DNA of 64,000 bases from an uncultured Alphaproteobacteria bacterium (GTDB lineage: Bacteria; Pseudomonadota; Alphaproteobacteria; ATCC43930; CGMCC-115725): assembly GCA_963803265.1 (NCBI GenBank), contig CAWDLZ010000017.1:52813-116812 (forward strand), in the 5' to 3' direction. The notes under the pieces are model-generated. The model was not told the origin of the DNA. It searched no databases and worked only from the letters and a program-made list of their open reading frames with translations. Of this stretch, positions 51,120 to 60,053 are shown in pieces; positions within the stretch are counted from its first letter, which is position 1, and every line of letters begins with the position of its first letter. Both the position numbers and the translations under genes were made by a program.

Positions 51120-52052
51120 ATGAGCGGCGCGGCGTATGTTTCTTTTCCCGCGGCCGACGTGGCGTTTTGGGTCGAGGCCGATGACGGCGCGCGCTTGCCG
51201 GTCTACGCGCTCGATGGTCCTGCCGGCGCGTGCGCCGTGCTGTTCGGGCATGCCAACGGATTTTGCGCCGGCTCCTACGCGCCCTGGCTTCGGGCGATGG
51301 CGCGGCACGGCCGCGTGTTTGCTTACGACGCGCGTGGCCATGTCGCCTCGCATTGGCCCGACGGTCCGCTCGATCGGGTTTTTCACGCCGACCGTTTCGC
51401 CACCGATCTCGCGGCAATCGGTCGCTCGGTGATGGCCCGTGGCGGCGGCACCCCGCTCGCCTATGTCGGGCATTCGCTCGGCGCGGCGGCGGCGATTCAT
51501 CTTGAGACCCTCGGCAGCGCGCCGGCCTGGGCAAAGCTCATCCTGTTCGAGCCGCCGATCTTTCCGCCGCGCGGCTCGTCTGGCATGGCGGCCGCGCTCA
51601 ACGCGACGCACCCGCTCATCGAAGCCACGAAACGGCGGCGCGCGGAGTGGTCGAGCCCCGAGGCGCTGTTCGAGCGCTTGAAAGGCAGCCCTGCCTTCAA
51701 GCGATCGACTGACGCGATGCTGATGGCGCATTGCCGGGCCGCCCTGAAGCCGAAGCGCGATGGCGGTTTCACCCTCGCCTGCCCGCCTGCGGTCGAGGCG
51801 GCGATCTATCGCGCCCACCGCGACGCCGGCACTTGGGACCATGTTGGGCGCGCTACGGCGGTGATCAACCTCGTCGGCGGCGATCCCGGTTTGCCCGACC
51901 CGAGCTGGACCGGCCTGATCATCGCCGAGCTCGCAGGGCGGTTGCCGAATGTCAGCCTTGCGAACCTGTCGGGGGCGGGTCATCTGATGTTTTTCGAGCA
52001 ACCGGATCAATGCGCTGAACTCGTAGTCACAATGCTGTGCGCCGCCAGTTGA
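51120..52052 (+). CDS. Alpha/beta hydrolase fold protein
   Basis: 310 aa from MSGAAYVSF. FGHANGF oxyanion region, nucleophile elbow YVGHSLGA and C-terminal GAGHLMFFEQP. Confidence 0.75.
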   Translation: MSGAAYVSFPAADVAFWVEADDGARLPVYALDGPAGACAVLFGHANGFCAGSYAPWLRAMARHGRVFAYDARGHVASHWPDGPLDRVFHADRFATDLAAIGRSVMARGGGTPLAYVGHSLGAAAAIHLETLGSAPAWAKLILFEPPIFPPRGSSGMAAALNATHPLIEATKRRRAEWSSPEALFERLKGSPAFKRSTDAMLMAHCRAALKPKRDGGFTLACPPAVEAAIYRAHRDAGTWDHVGRATAVINLVGGDPGLPDPSWTGLIIAELAGRLPNVSLANLSGAGHLMFFEQPDQCAELVVTMLCAAS

Positions 52053-52164
52053 CGGCCGCCATATCGCTTCCCACCTAAGCTGAAGAAGCGCGATGGGTAC
52101 GCCTGTCGCCGGACCGTCAGCGTTCCCCCCGAGCGCCGATGGACCCCCTGCACAGGGGCTTCGG

Positions 52165-52201
52165 GCGCCCGGCCACCCCCCTGGCCGGGCGCTCTTTGTT
52201 T
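52165..52201 (+). terminator. Strong intrinsic-terminator-like hairpin in the hydrolase-SDR spacer (possible 3' end of a small RNA)
   Basis: 11-bp GC stem GCGCCCGGCCA / TGGCCGGGCGC with a CCCCCC loop, followed by TCTTTGTTT. It lies 113 nt after the preceding stop codon. Confidence 0.6.
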
Positions 52202-52272
52202 AGGGGGTTGGCTTTTTCGGGCGCCGGTGCGATTGTCTGATACCCAAACAATCCGCTAGCTTCGGGCACCCC

Positions 52273-53184
52273 ATGAACACCCTCGAGGGACGCGTTGCCT
52301 TGGTGACGGGCGCCGGGCGCGGCATTGGCCGCGCGATCGCCGAATTTCTTCATGCCGAAGGTGCCGCTCTCGTCATCGCCGATAACGGAACGGCCATCGA
52401 TGGCAACGGCGCCGACCCTAAGATCGCGCAAGATCTCGCGGCAAGCCTCGGGGCGCGCGCCGCCGCGTACACTGAAAGCATCGCCAGCCCGTCTTCCGCC
52501 GCCGCCGCCGTGGCGCTCGCCCTCGAACGCTTCGGCGCCATTGACATCGTGGTGAACAATGCCGCGATCCTGCGCGACCAGTTCGTGTTTAAATCCGATC
52601 CGCTCGCCTGGGAAGCGGTGGTCCGCACCAACCTCTCGGCCGCGTTCTATGTGCTGTCGGCGGCGACCCCGAGCTTACGCGCGCAAGCTAAGGGCCCACG
52701 AGCCGGCTGGGGGCGGATCGTCAATATCGTCTCGACCGCGGGATTCTACGGCAATTACGGCCAGTCCTCCTATGCCGCGACCAAGGCCGGGCTGTTGGGT
52801 CTGACGCGCAGTGTCGCGCTCGACATGGCGCGCAGCCAAGTCACCTGCAACGCGGTGGCGCCGTTTGCCGCGACGCGCGTGACGGAGTCGATCAAGCCGC
52901 AAAATGACGCCCAGGCCAATTACAAGGTCAACGCGCTTAAAGTGCCGGCGCGCGCCGTGGCCGAGCTGGTCGCGTGGCTATGCGCGCCCGGGCAAGGTCA
53001 GGTCTCGGGCCAGCTCTTCGGCGTACGCGCGAAAGAGGTTTTCCTGTTCACCTACCCGCGCCCGATCGCTCGGGCCGTCCTCGGCGTGTCAGGTCTTGCC
53101 GCTGCGATCGAGCAGAATTTGAAAGCGTATTATTTGCCGCTCGAGACCGATCTCGAGGTCTTCGGTTCAGAGCCGATATTATAG
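52273..53184 (+). CDS. SDR-family oxidoreductase
   Basis: 303 aa. TGAGRGIGRA cofactor motif, NNAAI and YAATKAG catalytic motif. Confidence 0.85.
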   Translation: MNTLEGRVALVTGAGRGIGRAIAEFLHAEGAALVIADNGTAIDGNGADPKIAQDLAASLGARAAAYTESIASPSSAAAAVALALERFGAIDIVVNNAAILRDQFVFKSDPLAWEAVVRTNLSAAFYVLSAATPSLRAQAKGPRAGWGRIVNIVSTAGFYGNYGQSSYAATKAGLLGLTRSVALDMARSQVTCNAVAPFAATRVTESIKPQNDAQANYKVNALKVPARAVAELVAWLCAPGQGQVSGQLFGVRAKEVFLFTYPRPIARAVLGVSGLAAAIEQNLKAYYLPLETDLEVFGSEPIL

Positions 53185-53197
53185 TGAGGAAATCGCG

Positions 53198-53911
53198 ATG
53201 GCCAATCCGCACCAGCCCCAGATCCGCACCGTTGACGAATTCAACGCGCAGCCGCCGGAATATCAGGAGGCGGTGCGCAAGATCGTGCGCAGCCACTCGG
53301 TCGACGAGCTCTACGGCGCTCAGGTCTTCGACGAGCCGGCGATCGCGCTGGCGCCCGATCCCTACGCGAAATGGCTGACCTGCCGCGTGGCAATGGAAGA
53401 ATACGGTCATCATCACCGCTTCGCCGAGCTGGGCCGCAAGATCGGCGTGCCCGAGGCGCAACTCACGCCGAAGGGCAAGAAGCCGCTGTCGATCTTCGAA
53501 TTCGAGATGAAGACTTGGGAGGAGTTCTGCGCCATCAAGCTGTTGGCCGATCTGGCCGAGATCATCCAGGTCGAGGATTTGATGCAGTGCAGCTTTCACC
53601 CCTTGCGCAATCTTGCGCGCATGACCATGCCCGAGGAAAAATTCCACGCCCAGTTCGGCGAGGATTTTTGCGCCGGCTTGGTGAAAACCAAGGCGGGCCG
53701 CGCCGCGGTCCAGGCCGCAGTCGATCGCTATCTGCCGCTGCTGCTGCCGTTCTTCGGCGCCGCCGAATCGAAGAACAACGCGCTCTTCCGCCGCTACGGC
53801 ATCAAGCAACACACCAACGAGGCGATGCGCGCCGACTATATCGGGCGCGTGCGCAAGCTGCTCGCGAAGCTCGGGCTCCACATGCCGGTGATCCCCGAAG
53901 CGGCGGCTTGA
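53198..53911 (+). CDS. Ferritin-like di-iron protein of the phenylacetate-CoA oxygenase PaaA/PaaC family (stand-alone)
   Basis: 237 aa. VDELYGAQVFDEP, RVAMEEYGHHHRF (ExxH-type), LLADLAEIIQVEDLMQ and EEKFHAQFGEDF. Confidence 0.65.
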   Translation: MANPHQPQIRTVDEFNAQPPEYQEAVRKIVRSHSVDELYGAQVFDEPAIALAPDPYAKWLTCRVAMEEYGHHHRFAELGRKIGVPEAQLTPKGKKPLSIFEFEMKTWEEFCAIKLLADLAEIIQVEDLMQCSFHPLRNLARMTMPEEKFHAQFGEDFCAGLVKTKAGRAAVQAAVDRYLPLLLPFFGAAESKNNALFRRYGIKQHTNEAMRADYIGRVRKLLAKLGLHMPVIPEAAA

Positions 53912-53931
53912 GCGAGCCTTAAGATCATCCC

Positions 53932-54729
53932 ATGGCGCTTACCCTCGTAACTTGGAACATCAATTCCGTTCGGCTGCGGATCGATCTAGTGCAGCGCCTC
54001 GCGGGCGAGCTCAAGCCCGACGTGCTGTGCCTGCAAGAAACCAAGACACCGGACGAATTCTTTCCGCGCGCGGCGGCCGAGGCGATTGGCTTTAAGCACA
54101 TGCTCGTTCACGGCATGAAGGGCTATAACGGCGTCGCCGTCCTGTCGCGCCTGCCCTTGGAGAAGGCGCGCAGCGAAAGCTGGGCCGGGCGCGAGGATTG
54201 CCGTCACGGCATCGCCGAGCTACCGGGCGGGATCGAGCTCCACAATGTCTATGTTCCAGCGGGCGGCGACATTCCGGATGCGCAAGAAAACGACAAATTC
54301 GCCCATAAGCTGCGCTTTCTCGACGAGCTGACGGGCTGGTTCCGGGGCCGCCGCCGCGCCGCCAAGCCAACCATCCTGGTGGGCGATCTCAATATCGCGC
54401 CCTTGGAAAACGACGTCTGGTCGCACACGCAATTGCTCGACGTTGTCAGTCACACGCCGATCGAGGTCGAGAAATTAGGCGAGCTCCAAGCCTCGGCGAA
54501 ATTCGTCGATGCCGTGCGCCACTTCATCCCGCCCGAGCAAAAGCTTTACACTTGGTGGAGTTATCGCGCGCGCGATTGGGCGGCATCCGACCGCGGCCGG
54601 CGGCTCGATCATGTCTGGGTCACGCCGGTGCTGAAAGACCGGCTCGCTGGCGCCGCCGTCCATCGTACCGCGCGCGACTGGCAGCGCGGCTCCGACCATG
54701 TTCCGGTGCTGGTCCGGCTTTACGAGTGA
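53932..54729 (+). CDS. xthA: Exodeoxyribonuclease III
   Basis: 265 aa. TWNINSVR, LCLQETK, GDLNIAP and the C-terminal SDHVPV. Confidence 0.9.
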   Translation: MALTLVTWNINSVRLRIDLVQRLAGELKPDVLCLQETKTPDEFFPRAAAEAIGFKHMLVHGMKGYNGVAVLSRLPLEKARSESWAGREDCRHGIAELPGGIELHNVYVPAGGDIPDAQENDKFAHKLRFLDELTGWFRGRRRAAKPTILVGDLNIAPLENDVWSHTQLLDVVSHTPIEVEKLGELQASAKFVDAVRHFIPPEQKLYTWWSYRARDWAASDRGRRLDHVWVTPVLKDRLAGAAVHRTARDWQRGSDHVPVLVRLYE

Positions 54730-54733
54730 CGAT

Positions 54734-55207
54734 TCACGTCACTCGATACAGATAATCGCCATGCTCGCGCACGCCTTCGGGCGGCGGGATGGCCTCCCAG
54801 CCGGGCAATTCGAGCGGTATTTCCGATATCACCACGGCACCGGGGCGAAGCATCGGCGCAACCAGTGGCGCGAGCACGCTGGCCATCCGCGTCGCGACCG
54901 GCAGGTTGAGATGAACCAAGGCGGCTTCGCGCGGCCAACGCTGCCACGCTTGCGGTAGCGTGTCGCACGGATCGCCGAGGATTCGCAGATCGGGCGTCGG
55001 CGGCGCGTCGGCGGGCGCGGAGATCGCGCGGTCGAATACCGCAATGGCGCGCCGGCGCATGATGTCGCGCAGATGATCGTAGGCGACGCCGTCGCCCCAG
55101 CCGATGGCCAGCGCCGGGCCGGGAAGCTGCGTCACCGTCGCCGCAGCCCGCTCCAGGCTGGCGCGCTGGCTCATCAGCCGTCGGATCAAGCTGTCCAGGG
55201 CGCTCAA
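54734..55207 (-). CDS. Conserved hypothetical protein, probably co-transcribed with the upstream response regulator
   Basis: 157 aa. Its start lies 1 nt after the response-regulator stop. No motif that I can name with confidence. Confidence 0.55.
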   Translation of the reverse strand: MSALDSLIRRLMSQRASLERAAATVTQLPGPALAIGWGDGVAYDHLRDIMRRRAIAVFDRAISAPADAPPTPDLRILGDPCDTLPQAWQRWPREAALVHLNLPVATRMASVLAPLVAPMLRPGAVVISEIPLELPGWEAIPPPEGVREHGDYLYRVT

Positions 55208-55208
55208 T

Positions 55209-55898
55209 TCATGGCACCAGCCGATAGCCGCCGGGCGCGGTCACCAGGATCTCGGCCTTGCCCGGATCGCGCTCGATCTTCTGGCGCAGCCGATAGACAT
55301 GGGTCTCCAAGGTGTGCGTCGTGACGCCGGAATTGTAGCCCCAGACCTCGTTCAACAACACGTCGCGCCCGATGACCTTGTCGCCGGCGCGGTAGAGATA
55401 TTTGAGAATCGCGGTTTCCTTTTCGGTCAGCCGCACCTTCTTGCGCTTGGCGTCGTCGGCCAGGGTCTTGGCGCTCGGACGAAAGGTATAGGGGCCGATG
55501 CTGAAGACCGCGTCCTCGCTGAGCTCGTGCTGGCGCAGCTGGGCGCGCAACCGCGCCAAGAGCACGTTCAGGCGGAAGGGCTTGGTGATGTAGTCGTTGG
55601 CGCCGCTATCGAGGCCGAGAATCGTGTCGGCCTCGCCATCGGCGCCGGTCAGCATCAAAATGGGCGCGCGAATGCCCGAACGGCGCATCACCTGGCACAA
55701 CTCGCGCCCGTCCATGTCAGGGAGTCCGACATCGAGCAGCACCGCGTCGAAGTGCTGCTCTTTCGCCCGCGCCATCGCCTGGGCGGCGGTCGCGGCTTCG
55801 GTAGGCAGAAATTCCTCGTGCAGTTGAAGCTGCTCGGCGAGCGCGCGACGCAGCGTATCGTCATCGTCAACGATCAGAATCTTACGCCCAGCGGTCAT
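55209..55898 (-). CDS. OmpR/PhoB-family response regulator (CenR-like)
   Basis: 229 aa. Receiver domain (ILIVDDDD...LLDVGLPDMDG...KPF) plus winged helix (LTEKETAILKYLYRAG...GYNSGVTTHTLETHVYRLRQKI). The resemblance to CenR is from memory. Confidence 0.8.
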   Translation of the reverse strand: MTAGRKILIVDDDDTLRRALAEQLQLHEEFLPTEAATAAQAMARAKEQHFDAVLLDVGLPDMDGRELCQVMRRSGIRAPILMLTGADGEADTILGLDSGANDYITKPFRLNVLLARLRAQLRQHELSEDAVFSIGPYTFRPSAKTLADDAKRKKVRLTEKETAILKYLYRAGDKVIGRDVLLNEVWGYNSGVTTHTLETHVYRLRQKIERDPGKAEILVTAPGGYRLVP

Positions 55899-55976
55899 CG
55901 GATTCCTTGCTCTATCGCGGCCGTATCTTGCTTATAGGCCGAGCCGGGCCGGGACGTCCCTGCCGTTCGGGCTTTC

Positions 55977-56261
55977 TCAGCGCTGAACCTCGACGCCCTT
56001 CCAGAAAGCGACATAATTCTTGATCTGCGCCGCCGCCGGCGAGGGGTCGGGGTAATACCAGGCCGCGTCCTTGTTTTCCGCGCCCTCGACTGCGATCGTG
56101 TAGTAATGCGCCGTGCCTTTCCAGTGGCACTGGCTGGTGGTGGCGCTCGCGGTGAAAAAGCGCCGGTCGATCGTCTCGGGCGGGAAATAAACGTTGCCCT
56201 CGACCAGCTCGAAGCGCGGGCTCTCGGCCAGAACCGCGCCGCGCCAAATTGCCTTGGCCAT
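55977..56261 (-). CDS. DUF427 domain-containing protein
   Basis: 94 aa. VEGNVYFPPETI...CHWKGTAHYYTI...AAWYYPDP. Confidence 0.8.
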   Translation of the reverse strand: MAKAIWRGAVLAESPRFELVEGNVYFPPETIDRRFFTASATTSQCHWKGTAHYYTIAVEGAENKDAAWYYPDPSPAAAQIKNYVAFWKGVEVQR

Positions 56262-56296
56262 GACGAACCTCCCTTTGCCGCTGCCATCCTGCCGCT

Positions 56297-57166
56297 TTAG
56301 GCGGACAAAGCCAAGGTGTCGCTGTGACCTATCGTAAGCGTCAGCTTACCGTTAAGGAGCTCGGCCAGCCGAGACTTCTGCCACGCGGCGATCGCCGGTT
56401 CTTGTTCGGGCGCCGCCGCGCGCGCGGCAGCGGCCTCGCCGGCAATGAGCTCCGCGAGTATCGCGCGGTTGCCACCCAGCTGCCAGTCGCTCGCCGTCGC
56501 CGAGACCGAAAACCCGTTTTTGGCCAAGGCCTTAGCTAGCGCCTCAGCGGCATCGCCGCCGAGCGCGGGCCCGAAGCCCTTGTCGCCGGCTTGGTGGCGG
56601 CGGAAGGCTCGCCCGACGATCGCGTCTTCGGCATGTTCCGGCCGCCATTCCCGCCTGCCGTCGAGCGTGAGCGCGGCGAGCAGCGGGAGGCGCAGCCGGG
56701 CGAGCAGGATGGTCAATTCCATTACGAACTCGCGCGAAACCAGATCGAACAGCGACGCCGCCGCGACCCCATCGGCGCCCAGCGTGGCGAGGCGGCCCAA
56801 GTCGCGCGCCAGGTCGAGCGCTACGCCGCAGAGCGTCCACCTTGCCGCGCCGACCGTGATCTCGATCCTTCCGCCGCCGGCGCGAATGGGATAGCCCTGG
56901 CGCCGCGCCCAGGCCGTGAATTCCCCTGCCTGCGCCGCGATCAGCAGGGGCTCGCGCTCGATCAGGAGCCAGTCCTGGTCGCCCGCGATGCGCGGCAGGA
57001 GAGCGCGGCAATTGGCGCCCGTGCCCGCGCCGAGATCGAGGAGCCTCACCGCGCGGGTCTTGGGGCGCGGCAGCGCCGCGGCGAAGCGCCGCGCCAGTAC
57101 AGGATCGCGCGCAGCGAGGTCGGCGCCTTCGCGCAGCCGCAGCCAATCGGGCGAGAATTCGCTCAT
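56297..57166 (-). CDS. Class I SAM-dependent methyltransferase
   Basis: Start at MSEFSPDWL (ATGA overlap with the GT4 stop). Motif I is VRLLDLGAGTGAN. Confidence 0.75.
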   Translation of the reverse strand: MSEFSPDWLRLREGADLAARDPVLARRFAAALPRPKTRAVRLLDLGAGTGANCRALLPRIAGDQDWLLIEREPLLIAAQAGEFTAWARRQGYPIRAGGGRIEITVGAARWTLCGVALDLARDLGRLATLGADGVAAASLFDLVSREFVMELTILLARLRLPLLAALTLDGRREWRPEHAEDAIVGRAFRRHQAGDKGFGPALGGDAAEALAKALAKNGFSVSATASDWQLGGNRAILAELIAGEAAAARAAAPEQEPAIAAWQKSRLAELLNGKLTLTIGHSDTLALSA

Positions 57167-58215
57167 GCCAGCAAGCGTAGCGCTTCCGCGCGCCAGCGCG
57201 AGGCCGCCTCGGCCCAATCGGGCAAGGCCGCGCCCGCCCGCAAGGCGCCTTCGCCGAGGGCGGCCAGATAATCCCGGTCGTCGAGGAGCCGCCAGAGCGC
57301 TTCCTCAAGCGCCGCGCCGTCGCCGGGCGGCACCAGGAGGGCGGCGCTCAGGGGCACGATTTCTGGGATGGCGCCCGCGCGCGTCGAGACGACCGCCAAG
57401 CCATGGGCGAGCGCCTCGGCCAAGGCCATGCCATAGCCTTCATGGAACGAGGGCAGAACGAATAAATCGGCCTCCTCGTAGGCAGCACCCAGGCGCTCGG
57501 ACGGGATTTCGCCGCCGAGGGTGACGCGCCCCTCGAGGCCGTTGGCGGCGATTGCGCGGCTCACCGCGGCGGCATAGGCGGGGTCGCGCGTAGGGCTCCC
57601 GATCAAGAGGAGCCGCCAATCCGGCCGCTTAAGGCTCGCCAGCGCCTCGACGAGGACGAGCTGCCCCTTGCGCGGCGTGACGGAAGCTACGCAGAGGAGG
57701 CGGACGGCGCCGTGCTGCCTGCCCCGCGTGCGTCTCGTCGCCGGCTTGGCCGTGCCTGGCGCAGCGACTCCGATACGAGCGCGCGATACTCCGGCGCCGA
57801 TGACCGCTTCGGCCGTGCTTCGGCTCGGGCAGAGGACGCCGGCGAGCAGCGGCAAGAGGCGCGCCTCGATCTCGCGGAACCGGGCCGCCTCCGCCGCGCT
57901 CAAGCCCGTTTCCTCGGCCAGGGGATGATGCACCCAGCCGATGAAATGGAGCCGCCTTGCTTCGCGCTTCAGGCAAGGCTCGAACGCGGCGAGCGCCAGC
58001 CCGTCGATGACGGCCGCAGCGCCGTCGGGCAGGGCAGAGAGCGCTTCCGCCGCGCTCTCGCGGGCAATGCCGTCGGCGGCGGGAAACCTTCCCCGCAGTT
58101 CGACCACGTCGATCGTATCGCCCTGCGCGCGCAAGCGCTCGACGACGTGGCGGGCAAAGAGATAGCCGCCGGTTAATTGGTCGATCGCGTTAGGCACGAT
58201 GAGCGCGAGCCTCAA
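57163..58215 (-). CDS. Glycosyltransferase family 4 (GT-B fold)
   Basis: 350 aa. EX7E motif PSFHEGYGMALAEALAHG. 4-nt overlaps with both neighbours. Confidence 0.8.
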   Translation of the reverse strand: MRLALIVPNAIDQLTGGYLFARHVVERLRAQGDTIDVVELRGRFPAADGIARESAAEALSALPDGAAAVIDGLALAAFEPCLKREARRLHFIGWVHHPLAEETGLSAAEAARFREIEARLLPLLAGVLCPSRSTAEAVIGAGVSRARIGVAAPGTAKPATRRTRGRQHGAVRLLCVASVTPRKGQLVLVEALASLKRPDWRLLLIGSPTRDPAYAAAVSRAIAANGLEGRVTLGGEIPSERLGAAYEEADLFVLPSFHEGYGMALAEALAHGLAVVSTRAGAIPEIVPLSAALLVPPGDGAALEEALWRLLDDRDYLAALGEGALRAGAALPDWAEAASRWRAEALRLLA

Positions 58216-58616
58216 TCGAGCCGGCCTTCGCAGGACGCTACGGCGACGGGCGATTCGCGCAAACGCACGCAGAGCGCGGCCAGCGCTCCGGCGGTCCCGG
58301 GCCCCAGCGCGCCACCGCTAATGCGCGCCTTCAAGCGGCGGAAGATCTCGCCCGCGAGGAATTCGGTGGTGGTGTTGCGCCCCTTGAATAGGGGCTCGTC
58401 GTCGAGATTGCGGTAATTGAGCTCGTCCAGGACCGATTTCAGGGTCGCGAGGAGGCGGCCGATATCGCAAACGAGGCCGTCGCCGTCGAGCTCGGCGCGC
58501 CGCACTTCCGCCTCGACCGCGTAGGTCGCGCCGTGGAGGCGCTGCGCCGGGCCGAAAATCTCGCCGACGAAGCTGTGCGCGATCATCACATGGTCGCTGA
58601 CGGCAAGGCTGTACAT
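58212..58616 (-). CDS. 6-pyruvoyl-tetrahydropterin synthase / QueD-family protein with non-canonical active site
   Basis: 134 aa from MYSLAVSDHVMIAHSF...AQRLHGATYAVEAEV...DIGRLLATLKSVLDELNYRNLD. Fold-level PTPS pattern, but the CxxxHGH motif is AxxxHGA here. Confidence 0.7.
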   Translation of the reverse strand: MYSLAVSDHVMIAHSFVGEIFGPAQRLHGATYAVEAEVRRAELDGDGLVCDIGRLLATLKSVLDELNYRNLDDEPLFKGRNTTTEFLAGEIFRRLKARISGGALGPGTAGALAALCVRLRESPVAVASCEGRLD

Positions 58617-58742
58617 CGGGCGATATCCGATAGCGGAAGGAAGCCTAATCGCGATGTTGCCAGATTTGGCGCAAATCGGCCAGACGACCCGTCCCTTGAT
58701 TAGTCCTGATAAAGATGTATCGTATATGGTACACAGCGCTCG

Positions 58743-59042
58743 ATGGATAGAGCAATGAAAAAAAAGAACCGCCACATCGGCTCTTCCTTCGATGATTTTT
58801 TGAAGGAAGAAGGTCTCCACGAGGAAGTCACCGCGCACGCCATTAAGCGCGTGCTGGCGTGGCAGATCGAGCGGGCGATGAAAGAGCAAGGCATCACGAA
58901 AGTCGAAATGGCGAAGCGCATGAAAACTAGCCGCGCGCAGCTCGACCGGCTCCTCGATCCGAAAAACGACAAGGTGCAACTCGACACTGTGCAGCGCGCC
59001 GCCGCCGCCGTCGGACGGAAATTGCACATGGAACTCGCGTAG
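58743..59042 (+). CDS. XRE-type HTH protein resembling a type II antitoxin (no toxin gene adjacent)
   Basis: 99 aa. HIGSSFDDFLKEEGLHEEVTAHAIKRVLAWQIERAMKEQGITKVEMAKRMKTSRAQLDRLLDP. Low GC. An imperfect inverted repeat TGTATCGTA/TATGGTACA lies at 58716-58733 upstream. Confidence 0.7.
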   Translation: MDRAMKKKNRHIGSSFDDFLKEEGLHEEVTAHAIKRVLAWQIERAMKEQGITKVEMAKRMKTSRAQLDRLLDPKNDKVQLDTVQRAAAAVGRKLHMELA

Positions 59043-59147
59043 AGGCCGCGACGACCCAGCCGCGCCATCTCACGTGGCAACACATCGAGCCGGCACTCCG
59101 CGATTCGGAGTGCGTTATAGAGCGGTCTGCTACAGCTTCAATCCGCT

Positions 59148-59438
59148 TTACCCCGGCCCCGTGGCATGGAACTGCTTGACGCGCAGTTTGCGGGTGCGGC
59201 GTTTCGCTTGCCACAGATCGTAGTTAAGCTGCATTTGCAGCCAATGCTCCGGCGTGCTGCCGAACGCCTTCGATAGACGCAAGGCCATTTCCGCCGTGAT
59301 GCCGGAGCGGCCGTTGAGGATCGGCGAGAGCGTCTTGCGCGTGACGCCCAAGCCCTTGGCCGCCTCGGTGACGCTCAGGTCGAGCGCCTTAAGGCAGTGC
59401 TCCCGGACGATCTCGCCGGGGTGCGGGGGATTGTACAT
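59148..59438 (-). CDS. higA: HigA-family antitoxin-like HTH protein (orphan)
   Basis: 96 aa from [70 protein letters not shown]. No HigB-like ORF upstream. Confidence 0.8.
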   Translation of the reverse strand: MYNPPHPGEIVREHCLKALDLSVTEAAKGLGVTRKTLSPILNGRSGITAEMALRLSKAFGSTPEHWLQMQLNYDLWQAKRRTRKLRVKQFHATGPG

Positions 59439-59497
59439 CTCCAATACCTCACGATCGGGCGTCGCGCGGCGCCGGCCTCGATCCTGCGCCCGCGCGC

Positions 59498-59899
59498 TCA
59501 CGAGTCGGTCGGGCGCACGAAGCAATAGATCGGGTTGCCGCCCAGCGGATAGAACGCGACCGCGCTGCCGGTCGGGTTCTCGACGCGGTTCAGCACCGCG
59601 TTGGGCGGCACGTCGCGCCAAATCCCGTCGATCCGCACCTGGTAGCCATCGGGCAGGGCGCGCCACTCGTGGCTGGCCAGGATGTGGCCGTCATATTGGG
59701 CGCAGCAGGAAATCCCGCTCGTCGGATTTGCGAGGCTCTCGAACCAGCCGCTCAGCGCCGGATCGGCCTGGGGCGGCGGCGCGCCCCAAGCGCCCAAGGG
59801 AAGGACGAGGTTCGCCGCGCCGAGGAAAGCGGCGGCCCAGGCATTGGCAAACTTTAGCGGCTTTCGGTCTCTCGCCGGGGATTGGGAGTCGATCAGCAT
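59498..59899 (-). CDS. Small secreted hypothetical protein
   Basis: 133 aa. Signal peptide ([18 protein letters not shown]) and a Cys-containing mature part ([12 protein letters not shown]...IYCFVRP). Confidence 0.55.
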   Translation of the reverse strand: MLIDSQSPARDRKPLKFANAWAAAFLGAANLVLPLGAWGAPPPQADPALSGWFESLANPTSGISCCAQYDGHILASHEWRALPDGYQVRIDGIWRDVPPNAVLNRVENPTGSAVAFYPLGGNPIYCFVRPTDS

Positions 59900-60053
59900 C
59901 TCTGCGCCTCCACGAGTTGAGCGCTAGCCGACGTCGCCTCCCGAAGTTCCGATATCCCCCTCTTTCCCCGATGGAACCAAGGCTAAAGCAACACGGGAAT
60001 TTACTCAAGCGCGCGATCGCGAGTCGCTGGCCCGGTGAAGACCGCCGCCGCTT

